A stretch of 64,000 bases of DNA. Origin: an uncultured Ectothiorhodospiraceae bacterium (GTDB lineage: Bacteria; Pseudomonadota; Gammaproteobacteria; CAMYNG01). The stretch spans positions 10,892 through 74,891 of the forward strand of contig CAMYNG010000019.1 in the NCBI GenBank assembly GCA_947259765.1, read 5' to 3'. The notes beneath the pieces were generated by a model, which worked only from the letters and a program-made list of their open reading frames with translations, made no database searches and was not told where the DNA came from. The position numbers and the translations under genes are program-made. Positions 39,399-46,991 of the stretch are shown piece after piece (positions within the stretch are counted from its first letter, which is position 1; each line of letters opens with the position of its first letter).

Positions 39399-39633
39399 TT
39401 ACTATCCGTTCGCTCAGCTACCGCTTGTTTCCCTTAAGTTATACTCGGTTGTACTTGCATACTGTGAAATATTCACAATCGTGTTTTTTAACACCAAAGA
39501 GTGATGGTCTGTTCCTTGTATCGTACTAGACTTTAGGTAGGAAAGTACGAAACCAGCTTCGCAACAAATTCTAAAAAATATGTGATCTACGAACATAACC
39601 GGCTGGTTTCTGTTCCCGACAGTGGAGGTCAAC

Positions 39634-40302
39634 ATGTTCGTTACACAGTTTGCTCACCAAACAGATCCTGTCGTTGAACAACGGCATTCCGGCAAGGTCC
39701 TTTCTGTCGTTCGCAATGTTCTTGCTTTCGTTGGCTTGATTTTAATTGTCGTGGCGGCCGTGTTGGCGCCGAAACTGCTGGGACTCTGGAGCCAGGTTCA
39801 GGAATTCGATGACATGGCGTTGCCGACATTCCGCATGATGGGCGAAAAGTTGTTGACGACCGGCAATCCGGCGGAAGCCACCGTGTGGCGAGTTGCTGTG
39901 GCCCCTGGACTGAGCGCTGCCGAAGTCGAAGACGTAATGGATTCCGTGGCCGGTGAGCATAATCTAAAGCGGGTCGGTGAATCACAGCTATTTTCCGATG
40001 AGCATCGGGACACCGTTGTCACACTCGCCGGAATACCCTATCGCTTTTCCAAAACGCTGATGTACTGTAATTCGCTTATCGCCGCGAAAATGTTTAATCA
40101 GAATATGGCCTATTCCGCTTTTACGCCGTGTCGGATAACCGTGATCGAGGACGGGGAGGGCAGGCTCTGGCTGTATACGCTTAATATTGACATGATGATC
40201 TACGGTGGCAAGCCCCTGCCAGATGGGCTGAAGCAGGATGCACTGGCCGTGCGTGACGGCATCCGCGATATTATGCAGCGCGCAGCAACGGGAGAATTTT
40301 AA
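39634..40302 (+). CDS. membrane-anchored DUF302-like protein
   Basis: GGAGG lies 6 nt upstream of the ATG at 39634. N-terminal TM helix VLAFVGLILIVVAAVLAP. The C-terminal part ends ...FTPCRITVIEDGEGRLWLYTLN, resembling the DUF302 core. Confidence 0.55.
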   Translation: MFVTQFAHQTDPVVEQRHSGKVLSVVRNVLAFVGLILIVVAAVLAPKLLGLWSQVQEFDDMALPTFRMMGEKLLTTGNPAEATVWRVAVAPGLSAAEVEDVMDSVAGEHNLKRVGESQLFSDEHRDTVVTLAGIPYRFSKTLMYCNSLIAAKMFNQNMAYSAFTPCRITVIEDGEGRLWLYTLNIDMMIYGGKPLPDGLKQDALAVRDGIRDIMQRAATGEF

Positions 40303-40308
40303 AGGCGC

Positions 40309-40758
40309 TCAAGTAAAGCAGGATGAGAATCCGGACATATCCGACTTGTCTTCGCGAAGCCCCGCCGCATCCTCACCGCCCGCACGCAAACCCTGAATAA
40401 AATCATCGCTCTGCCGGCCGGCCTGGGACATCAACAACTCCAGTGCCTGCTCGGGATCTGTCTGTTGCAGGAACTTCAGTACCCCGGCAAAAATGCCCCG
40501 GCTTACTTCGCTGGAAGACTTGAATCCGGCGTGTTGAGCCATGACATCACACAGCCCCCACACATAACCGATAAACAAATCCTGCTGACGGGCGTTAATG
40601 TCGTCTAGATTAAGATTAAGGCTTGTAAGTTGAACCTTAATTGCCGCGCTAAGGCCAGCCACCAGTTGTGCAACCAGTTGGCCGAACTTTTCGTAGTCTA
40701 TAGGGGATTCGGGTGGAATGGATACGTCCTCATAAATTGCCTGCAGACCATAAACCAA
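40309..40758 (-). CDS. hypothetical protein
   Basis: 149-aa ORF with a TTG start, helical-looking, with no recognisable motif. Confidence 0.35.
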   Translation of the reverse strand: MVYGLQAIYEDVSIPPESPIDYEKFGQLVAQLVAGLSAAIKVQLTSLNLNLDDINARQQDLFIGYVWGLCDVMAQHAGFKSSSEVSRGIFAGVLKFLQQTDPEQALELLMSQAGRQSDDFIQGLRAGGEDAAGLREDKSDMSGFSSCFT

Positions 40759-40908
40759 AATGACATTCCACTCAAATTTTTCCTGCCGACTTCCGGCTAG
40801 GCACCTGTGTTCAATTTTTTAAAAACAACAAAATCGAGCGATTTGTTGATCCAGCCCGGTGTTTGGCCGGATACTTCGTTTATATAGTGAGCGAATAAAA
40901 ATAAGGGA

Positions 40909-41997
40909 GTGGCAGGGATCAGCCAATTTTCAATTCTTTCAGGAAGTTATCTCTTGATTAAGTGTTTTCTTCATGCTCTGTTGTTGATATGCGTAGCGTT
41001 GGTTGGATTCCCACCGCTCTGTGTCGCCTCGGAAGTGGAACTGGAGCTTGGCACGTTTGGTGATCGGCCGCTTGCCCAGCCACTGGAACATCCGGACTGG
41101 TTTACGGTCAGTTTTCTGGATCTGCGTGAAGATCTTGATGCCGCAGTTGGCAAGGGCAAGCGTGGCCTAATTCTGTATTTTGGTCAGAATGACTGCCCGT
41201 ATTGCAAAGCCCACCTGGAAAACAATTGGGGCCGCAAGGATATTGTTACCTATACTCAAAAGCACTTCGATGTTGTCCACATTGATGTGCGAGGTGACCG
41301 GACAGTTACCGGTTTCGATGGTGTTGAGACTACCGAAAAGGAATTTGCTTTTCGCAACACTGTGCAGTTTACACCGTCCCTGCTGTTTTACGACGCCAAC
41401 GGTCGTCTGGCGCTGAAGATTGCAGGCTATCGTCCGCCTTACCAGTTTCGCGCCGCGCTGGAATATGTTGCCGACAAACACTATGCACGTGAGAATTTTC
41501 GTAACTACCTGGCCCGCGCGGAACCGGCAAGTAGCTACGGCGGTGAGGAGCTTAATGAGAGCGACATTTTCAGTTCACCACCCTTTATGTTTGACCGACG
41601 CTACTTCAAATCGAAGCAACCTCTGGTTGTATTCTTCGAAGAGCAGACGTGCCACCCCTGCGATGTATTACACGGGGGGCCTCTGATTAGTGAAACGGTG
41701 TTTAACAAGTTTCAACAGTTTGAGGCCGTACAACTGGATATGTGGTCTGAAACTCCGGTGCAACTCCCGGGCGGAGAAAAATCGACTGCAAAACACTGGG
41801 CCGACCGGCTCGGCATCAACTACGCCCCTACGCTGATTTTTTTCGACGAAACCGGCCAGGAAATCATGCGGGTGGATTCAGTGGTCGGATTCTATCGTCT
41901 TAATGGCGTACTGGATTTTGTACTTAGCAAAGCTTATAGAACCTACCCCACGTATCTGAAGTGGCGTTATTCTCAGGGCAGCGAACTCAAGCACTGA
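40909..41997 (+). CDS. secreted protein with two thioredoxin-fold domains (CPYC and CHPC motifs)
   Basis: Signal-like N-terminus. LILYFGQNDCPYCK and LVVFFEEQTCHPCD each sit in a Trx-like beta-alpha context, followed by YAPTLIFFD. Confidence 0.6.
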   Translation: MAGISQFSILSGSYLLIKCFLHALLLICVALVGFPPLCVASEVELELGTFGDRPLAQPLEHPDWFTVSFLDLREDLDAAVGKGKRGLILYFGQNDCPYCKAHLENNWGRKDIVTYTQKHFDVVHIDVRGDRTVTGFDGVETTEKEFAFRNTVQFTPSLLFYDANGRLALKIAGYRPPYQFRAALEYVADKHYARENFRNYLARAEPASSYGGEELNESDIFSSPPFMFDRRYFKSKQPLVVFFEEQTCHPCDVLHGGPLISETVFNKFQQFEAVQLDMWSETPVQLPGGEKSTAKHWADRLGINYAPTLIFFDETGQEIMRVDSVVGFYRLNGVLDFVLSKAYRTYPTYLKWRYSQGSELKH

Positions 41998-41999
41998 AA

Positions 42000-42268
42000 T
42001 GACTGTTCCCGATCGCTGCGACTTGTACACGCATGTGAATTCAACAGGACTCAAGCCATCATTTAATCCGTGTTTCGTTCAACGTACAAGCTGAGGGATG
42101 ATTTGTTCCCGCACTACGCTAAAGACAAATCATAGTTCGGCCATGTGGGTTAAAGCACATATATTCAGCTTGCCGATTTCGATCCTCCAACGATCCAGAA
42201 ATGTGGTGGCCGTAGTGTGTTTGACGAATAGTAGGATGGACTTGTTCAAGTAGACGTGGTTTTCTCAT
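42000..42268 (-). pseudogene. intI: tyrosine recombinase (integron-integrase-like) N-terminal remnant, truncated and frameshifted
   Basis: The minus strand from ATG 42268 reads MRKPRLLEQVHPTIRQTHY..., the KPxLLxQV..IR..HY opening typical of IntI/XerD-type N-termini. It hits a stop at 42119, with only faint traces in other frames (..LSLA.., ..GNKSS..). There is no room for the roughly 320-aa enzyme before the gene ending at 41997. Confidence 0.5.
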
Positions 42269-42481
42269 GCCTGCATCTCCTTGTTAAGCGAGCTTAGTAT
42301 GCAAGGTATTGAATTAAGAGCGTTTGTCTAATAGTAGGAAACCGTCCTCTTTCGTCCATTTCAATATTACCTTTTGATATGATAACTTATTGATAAATAA
42401 CGACCCTTGCGTGCCAGGAGGACATTGTCCTCTTTTTAACAAGGAACATTGCCGTCTAATAGTAGCTAGCTGAAAAAAGAA

Positions 42482-42793
42482 ATGAAAAACTTACTTTCAA
42501 AAAGAATTACCTTATGGGGTATCGTTGTAGTTTATGCTGTATTTTCTATGACAACTTGGGATATGTACGAAGCAAAGGGAGTAGAAGCCCCAATATCGGT
42601 TTTTATTGTAAGTATTGGGTTTTTAATGTTGTACATAGTCGCCAGTGTATTCCGCTGTCATGAGCTTAATTGGTCCGGTTGGCGTATTCTCGCTTATCCG
42701 GTACCAATAGTCGGTCTTTTACTACTATTATTTTTGCTCTTCAAAAAACCTTCGGCACCAGAGGGCGTTGGTGAAAATATCGCTAGCAGCTAA
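42482..42793 (+). CDS. cassette ORF: small membrane protein, DUF805-like
   Basis: 103 aa with 3 hydrophobic helices. FRCHELNWSGWRILAYPVPIVGLLLLLFL resembles the DUF805 RLHD..SGWW motif. The TAA stop lies inside the attC R'' core. Confidence 0.5.
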   Translation: MKNLLSKRITLWGIVVVYAVFSMTTWDMYEAKGVEAPISVFIVSIGFLMLYIVASVFRCHELNWSGWRILAYPVPIVGLLLLLFLLFKKPSAPEGVGENIASS

Positions 42794-42859
42794 CCAACGT
42801 ATCGTGGTAGACCGCAAACCGCTTCGTAGTATAGCGGCCACACATGCTGAACGTTAGTC
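42788..42859 (+). repeat. attC recombination site 1 (72 bp)
   Basis: Begins AGCTAAC (RYYYAAC, 1 mismatch) and ends GTTAGTC (GTTRRRY, 1 mismatch). An ungapped alignment to attC2 gives 50/72 identities by hand count, including CGCAAACCGCTT and CCACAC. Confidence 0.7.
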
Positions 42860-42892
42860 CAAATTATATATCCAAACAAAATTGGGAAAACA

Positions 42893-43672
42893 ATGACGAA
42901 AAGACATCGAATACAATTTCCGAAAGATGAATTAACCAGCATCAATCAAGATGAAGCCTATTTCTATCTTCAAGGTTCAGGTGGCAAGAGAAAAATAAGG
43001 TTCCACGACTACGATGAAATTTATCAAGTACCAGGTCTGTATGAACAGATATTCTATGATCGTCTTAAATGCACATCTCCAAGTAAAGTAGCATCAATTC
43101 TCGAATCAGCGGTAAAACAGTATCAAAATAACTTTACTGAGCTTCGTATATTAGATTTAGGTGCGGGCAATGGCATGATGGGAGAAGAGCTAAAAAAGCA
43201 TGGGGTTTCTCGCTTAATAGGCGTAGACATAATACCCGAAGCATATGATGCAGCAATTCGAGATAGGCCGGGAATCTATGATGCATACTATGTTGAGGAT
43301 TTTACCCGCCTAGATAAGGATAAAAGGGAAGAAATAGCGTCATGGCAATGTGATTGCATGGTAACGGTTGCTGCACTAGGTTTCGGTGACATTCCGGCGA
43401 AGGCATTTTTAGAGGCATTTAATATAATTAAGAGCAAAGCGTGGGTTGCCTTTAATATAAAGGATACATTCTTTGATATAGGCGATGAATCAGGATTTTC
43501 AAAAATGATCAGGGAATTAATTTTCTCTAAATATCTTGATATTTACTACATCGAACGCTATCGACATCGGTTGTCAATTGAAGGCGAGCCACTGTACTAT
43601 TTCGCGATAACGGGATGGAAAACATCAGATGTGCCTGATGATTTCTTGGAGTCAAAAGACATCAAGGCCTAA
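42893..43672 (+). CDS. cassette ORF: class I SAM-dependent methyltransferase
   Basis: Motif I ILDLGAGNGMMGEEL, then acidic GVDI, then CMVTVAALGFGD. 259 aa. The TAA stop lies inside the attC R'' core. Confidence 0.75.
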   Translation: MTKRHRIQFPKDELTSINQDEAYFYLQGSGGKRKIRFHDYDEIYQVPGLYEQIFYDRLKCTSPSKVASILESAVKQYQNNFTELRILDLGAGNGMMGEELKKHGVSRLIGVDIIPEAYDAAIRDRPGIYDAYYVEDFTRLDKDKREEIASWQCDCMVTVAALGFGDIPAKAFLEAFNIIKSKAWVAFNIKDTFFDIGDESGFSKMIRELIFSKYLDIYYIERYRHRLSIEGEPLYYFAITGWKTSDVPDDFLESKDIKA

Positions 43673-43738
43673 CAAGCGCATAGTGATGGAACGCAAACCG
43701 CTTTGCGGTTCTGCGCCCACACCTGCGTCACGTTAGAT
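43667..43738 (+). repeat. attC recombination site 2 (72 bp)
   Basis: GCCTAAC...GTTAGAT are perfect RYYYAAC/GTTRRRY cores and match the termini I recall for the aadA-type attC. The internal arms GCAAACCGC / GCGGTTCTGC pair with a bulged base. Confidence 0.75.
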
Positions 43739-43749
43739 TTTAGGAAATC

Positions 43750-44106
43750 ATGAAATTAGCACTCGTTTGGTTTTTCTTATCTGCGTCGATTTCTATTGTG
43801 CTGGCAATAAATGCTCCAAGCTTTCTACCGGTGGGAGAAAGTACAGCCGAGGCGATAAAAATATCGAGTGAACTCCAGCTTCTTGATCAGCTTATGTCAC
43901 TAAGGACGGTTAACAGTGAGATTTTACGAAGTAAACATAAAGAATTGCATAAAACTTATAAGCAAGCGGCTGTTAATAGTCAGATAGAAAACCTCCCGGC
44001 CGTAATACTATTTTCGACATTAATAGGGCTTGGTATTGTAAATATTCTTGTAATTTTTTGGTTGTTGCTGAACAAGTCCAGCCGACAAAAAATACGAAGC
44101 GACTGA
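43750..44106 (+). CDS. cassette ORF: hypothetical protein with N- and C-terminal hydrophobic helices
   Basis: 118 aa. It starts 12 nt after attC2. N-terminal signal/TM, a central helical region, and C-terminal TM VILFSTLIGLGIVNILVIFWLLL. Confidence 0.45.
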   Translation: MKLALVWFFLSASISIVLAINAPSFLPVGESTAEAIKISSELQLLDQLMSLRTVNSEILRSKHKELHKTYKQAAVNSQIENLPAVILFSTLIGLGIVNILVIFWLLLNKSSRQKIRSD

Positions 44107-44135
44107 TTCGTAACGCTACGTGTTTGAAAAGATAA

Positions 44136-44489
44136 ATGAGACCATTTCCTGAAAATTTTCAACTGGAAAGCTTCTTTGAAGGTGAGCCTGAGGTTCTCGA
44201 TAAAGATGTGCCATGGGCGTATAACGAGTTAGTTTTTAATGTCACAGCAAAAAATGGAAACCTTAAAGTAAAAATGGTAACTGGATGTGAGCTCATGGAC
44301 GTAATTTGGAAACAAGGCGAGCACACTGTATTAAAGCTAGAACTTAAGGGCATCAGATCGCTGCAAGTGATGGACGAGAAGAAATACGACACATTAGTGT
44401 CTAGTTTTAGGAGTGAAGATGTAGATGATCTTAAAATTAAAATTCGCCCGGTTATAAGCATTACATGGGGTTATGATGATCAACCTTAA
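44136..44489 (+). CDS. cassette ORF: hypothetical soluble protein
   Basis: 117 aa. Only 29 nt separate it from the preceding ORF, and there is no attC between them, so this appears to be a two-gene cassette. Confidence 0.4.
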   Translation: MRPFPENFQLESFFEGEPEVLDKDVPWAYNELVFNVTAKNGNLKVKMVTGCELMDVIWKQGEHTVLKLELKGIRSLQVMDEKKYDTLVSSFRSEDVDDLKIKIRPVISITWGYDDQP

Positions 44490-44568
44490 ATCAACACATG
44501 ACAAGTCGACCAAGTTTGCGCGCAAGGCGCGCCGGACCGCCAACACGCTTCGCGGCCGCTCGTTTCAA
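44488..44568 (+). repeat. degenerate attC-like site 3
   Basis: ATGACAAGTCGACC...GCCAACACGCTTCGCGGCCGCTCGTTTCAAAT parallels the CCTAACAAGCGCAT...CGTTAGAT layout of attC2, but both cores are mutated. It contains the GCGCGC-aag-GCGCGC hairpin. Confidence 0.35.
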
Positions 44569-44625
44569 ATGCTATGCTGAAAAAAGTACGAGCTGGCATA
44601 TGAAAGAACAAAAATTGGAGGCAGT

Positions 44626-44883
44626 ATGAAGTTTTCAGCAGAAACACTTATTGACGTCTATGGTGCTGGCCAAGAATTACCGACAACCGAACAATGGGAA
44701 ACGCTTGTTAATGGCGATATGAGTTTACCACTAACAGTTGTTAATTTTTTTATACTTAAGGAAAAGGCCGACACATCTTTAACTGACAGTAAAGAAATGA
44801 CGGGAATGGAAGCCTTTCGAAAAGTTGCTCCTAAGAGGTTGGTTACTAAATTGAAAACAATTAGCTGGCATGTCGCCTTATAA
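44626..44883 (+). CDS. cassette ORF: hypothetical protein (weakly DUF1330-like, possibly truncated)
   Basis: 85 aa. The segment PLTVVNFFILKEKAD....TGMEAFRK resembles the long-form DUF1330 N-terminal half. This assignment is from memory and is weak. Confidence 0.35.
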   Translation: MKFSAETLIDVYGAGQELPTTEQWETLVNGDMSLPLTVVNFFILKEKADTSLTDSKEMTGMEAFRKVAPKRLVTKLKTISWHVAL

Positions 44884-44924
44884 ACGCTTTCGCACTGACG
44901 GTTATACGGGTATCGACGTTTATT
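44879..44924 (+). repeat. short attC-like inverted repeat 4 (doubtful)
   Basis: TATAAACG...CGTTTATT: 7-bp terminal inverted repeats contain AAC/GTT, and the stop codon overlaps the left core. At only 46 bp it is shorter than typical attC sites. Confidence 0.25.
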
Positions 44925-45094
44925 TTCGTGACCCATAAAGCCCGCTGGCAGCGGGGCTCTAATAACCTTAGCAACCGTCTACTACGATAATACTTTCGAA
45001 AGGGCACCGATTTATCGGTACACTCACAGACCACGTTAAATTGGGCAGCGCGTCGGTCAAATGAACGACCACGTGAGACATTAGGTCGCGTTTT

Positions 45095-45493
45095 CTATTG
45101 TTTCCCAGGTTCGTCGATGGCCACGCGGATATAACCGGGCTGTGGATGTTTCGGGCCTGGGAGTTTGACGTCAAAACGAACGGCAAGCGCTTCTCGGGCT
45201 TCTATCCAGTTCTTACCATCAAAACTCACCCAGTTCTTGTAGGCATAAATATCCCGCTTGAGAGTTACCGTGAGTTGATCGCTGGCCTGCTGTTGCAACA
45301 GCGTACCGACGATTTGGACGTCTGTGCTGATTGGTTGTCCGGCTGGAAAGAGCAAGATGAAGTCCTGGTTTGCAGGAATCTTTTCTCCGAAAGTTACCAT
45401 GGGAACCTGGGCCAGTTCGCTGGATGTCGGTACACCGGCACAGGCAGAAATCGCTAGACTGGCCATGATGGCGAGCACAATGGTTCTCTTCAT
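45095..45493 (-). CDS. hypothetical lipoprotein
   Basis: Lipobox LAISAC|AG. 132 aa. Confidence 0.55.
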   Translation of the reverse strand: MKRTIVLAIMASLAISACAGVPTSSELAQVPMVTFGEKIPANQDFILLFPAGQPISTDVQIVGTLLQQQASDQLTVTLKRDIYAYKNWVSFDGKNWIEAREALAVRFDVKLPGPKHPQPGYIRVAIDEPGKQ

Positions 45494-45568
45494 TGTTTTA
45501 AACTCCCTTTATAAACAAGCCCCACAAATCGGAACAAGGCCTGGTTGTTGATTGCGCTGAAAACTGTA

Positions 45569-45611
45569 TACTCTGAAAAACAGAGTTAATGTTACTCTGC
45601 ATTACAGAGTA
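45569..45611. promoter_or_regulatory. twin operator-like palindromes TACTCTG-N5-CAGAGTA
   Basis: TACTCTGaaaaaCAGAGTT (45569-45587) and TACTCTGcattaCAGAGTA (45593-45611). Their centres are 24 bp apart, and the second ends 17 nt before the ATG at 45629. Confidence 0.55.
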
Positions 45612-45628
45612 GATCAAGGGGAAACAGA

Positions 45629-46669
45629 ATGCACGGCACGGCAGAACAAATTGACGCCATTCATGCCATGATGGAATCGGGGGCGCGTAGTGTGCGCCTT
45701 GAAACCCATACCCCGGTGTTATGGGGGCTTGCGGGCGCCATATTAATCCTCGTCATCGACGACGTGTTTACCGCAGAGCAGTTTTCCGTAGCCTGGCAAC
45801 GTACGTTGGCGGCAAACGCTTTCATTGGCATGGTCCTGCTGGCGGTCGGTATCGTTGATTTCCGGCTAACCCGACGTGCGCGTCTGGCACGGGACGAGTC
45901 GCTGTCTTTCGTACAGACTCAACTCACCAAGGTATGGTGGCTGGTGGTGACACTGGTTGTGCTGCTTAACATCGGCATGAATTTTTTCGGTGGCGGCTAC
46001 CTATACTATCCGGTGGTCATGGCCCTGATTGGTTTGGCGTTCTATATACATGGCTTGTTTTCCCAGCAAATGCTGTCCTGGGCGGGATTGCTGCTGATCT
46101 TTGTGGGCGCTATGAGTATCGTTTTAGGTATTCCGTTTTCGACACAAGAGTGGCTCGCAGTGGTGGTGTTTGGCATCGGGCTTCCGGCGTTGGGTTTTAT
46201 GATCCGTACGACTTGGCTACAGACCACTACCTTGCGCCGGGGTATGACCGCAACGCTTTGGTTGTCACTGATCCTGGTGTGTGCGGCAATGTTGAGCGGA
46301 ATGGAGCAGCGCCGTGCGATTCCCGATGCGTCTGCCGTTCCTCTGCAACAGTTCCAACAGACCAAAAATGGTGACGATACGCTTCAGCTTGTACGCCTTC
46401 CGGCTGGAACACGGGTCCCCTTGCAGCTTTCGTTCGCCGGCGACATACTTAAGGGTGACGTTACCGCAGAGCTTTACTTAACCTTGTCCCAGGACCTGGA
46501 TGTGATGGTACAGAACGGTCAACCTGATGGTCGCTATCGCGTTGCCGGCGGTGAATGGAAGGCGAAGCGTTACACGTTTCGGGTTAAAAATGTTGATTTG
46601 TCTTCGACACTAACGGAAGAGAAAGGCCCGGAAGCTTCAGTGCGCCTTTTCTTAAGTACAGACGGCTGA
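45629..46669 (+). CDS. hypothetical polytopic membrane protein with a C-terminal soluble domain
   Basis: 346 aa. About 7 hydrophobic helices are followed by a beta-rich-looking tail of about 110 aa. It is the first gene behind the twin palindromes. Confidence 0.5.
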   Translation: MHGTAEQIDAIHAMMESGARSVRLETHTPVLWGLAGAILILVIDDVFTAEQFSVAWQRTLAANAFIGMVLLAVGIVDFRLTRRARLARDESLSFVQTQLTKVWWLVVTLVVLLNIGMNFFGGGYLYYPVVMALIGLAFYIHGLFSQQMLSWAGLLLIFVGAMSIVLGIPFSTQEWLAVVVFGIGLPALGFMIRTTWLQTTTLRRGMTATLWLSLILVCAAMLSGMEQRRAIPDASAVPLQQFQQTKNGDDTLQLVRLPAGTRVPLQLSFAGDILKGDVTAELYLTLSQDLDVMVQNGQPDGRYRVAGGEWKAKRYTFRVKNVDLSSTLTEEKGPEASVRLFLSTDG

Positions 46670-46688
46670 CCGGGCCCGAGAATTATCA

Positions 46689-46991
46689 ATGGATGCAACT
46701 TCCGCAATTGAGCTGGATTCGATCCTCCATCAGCCCGTACGCACGCGTATCGCAGCCTTTCTCGTGGCCAGGGGGGAAGCAACCTTTAGCGATCTAAAAA
46801 AAGAGATGCAGGTAACCGACGGCAACCTGGATGCACATTTGAAAAAACTGGTTGCAGCGGGTTACGTGAAGACAAACAAACAGACGGGGCAGGGACGTCC
46901 GCAAACGACCTACCGATTGACGCGCCCGGGACAGTCTGCATTTGAAAACTATCTTGAGGCCCTAAAACGGCTGCTAAGCCTGCGTTTTTGA
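46689..46991 (+). CDS. winged-helix transcriptional regulator (ArsR/MarR-like, HTH_34-type)
   Basis: 100 aa. LHQPVRTRIAAFL..GEATFSDLKKEMQVTDGNLDAHLKKLVAAGYV...GRPQTTYRLT is a classic wHTH pattern. Confidence 0.7.
   Translation: MDATSAIELDSILHQPVRTRIAAFLVARGEATFSDLKKEMQVTDGNLDAHLKKLVAAGYVKTNKQTGQGRPQTTYRLTRPGQSAFENYLEALKRLLSLRF

Larger units (their letters stand above)
42000..44925 (+). mobile_element. degenerate chromosomal integron: decayed integrase stub, attI-like region and a co-oriented cassette array
   Basis: AT-rich block (18/60 G+C at 42481-42540 vs 30/60 at 41941-42000). All ORFs are on the + strand and are separated by attC-type imperfect palindromes with RYYYAAC...GTTRRRY ends. 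A divergent integrase N-terminus lies at the left edge. Confidence 0.65.

Noticed and set aside
44107-44135. Possible attC between the two ORFs of the third cassette (TCGTAAC...GTGTTTG).
   Set aside because: The 29-nt gap is far too short for an attC and has no paired arms, so I treat the two ORFs as one cassette.
42788-44924. I asked whether the repeated 46-81 bp elements separated by unique DNA could be a CRISPR array.
   Set aside because: The repeats are only about 70% identical, are imperfect palindromes with RYYYAAC/GTTRRRY ends, and are separated by 0.3-0.8 kb ORF-containing spacers. This fits integron attC sites, not CRISPR repeats.
44968-45186. 72-aa minus-strand ORF.
   Set aside because: It overlaps the 3' end of the lipoprotein gene in another frame, has no RBS and has odd composition.
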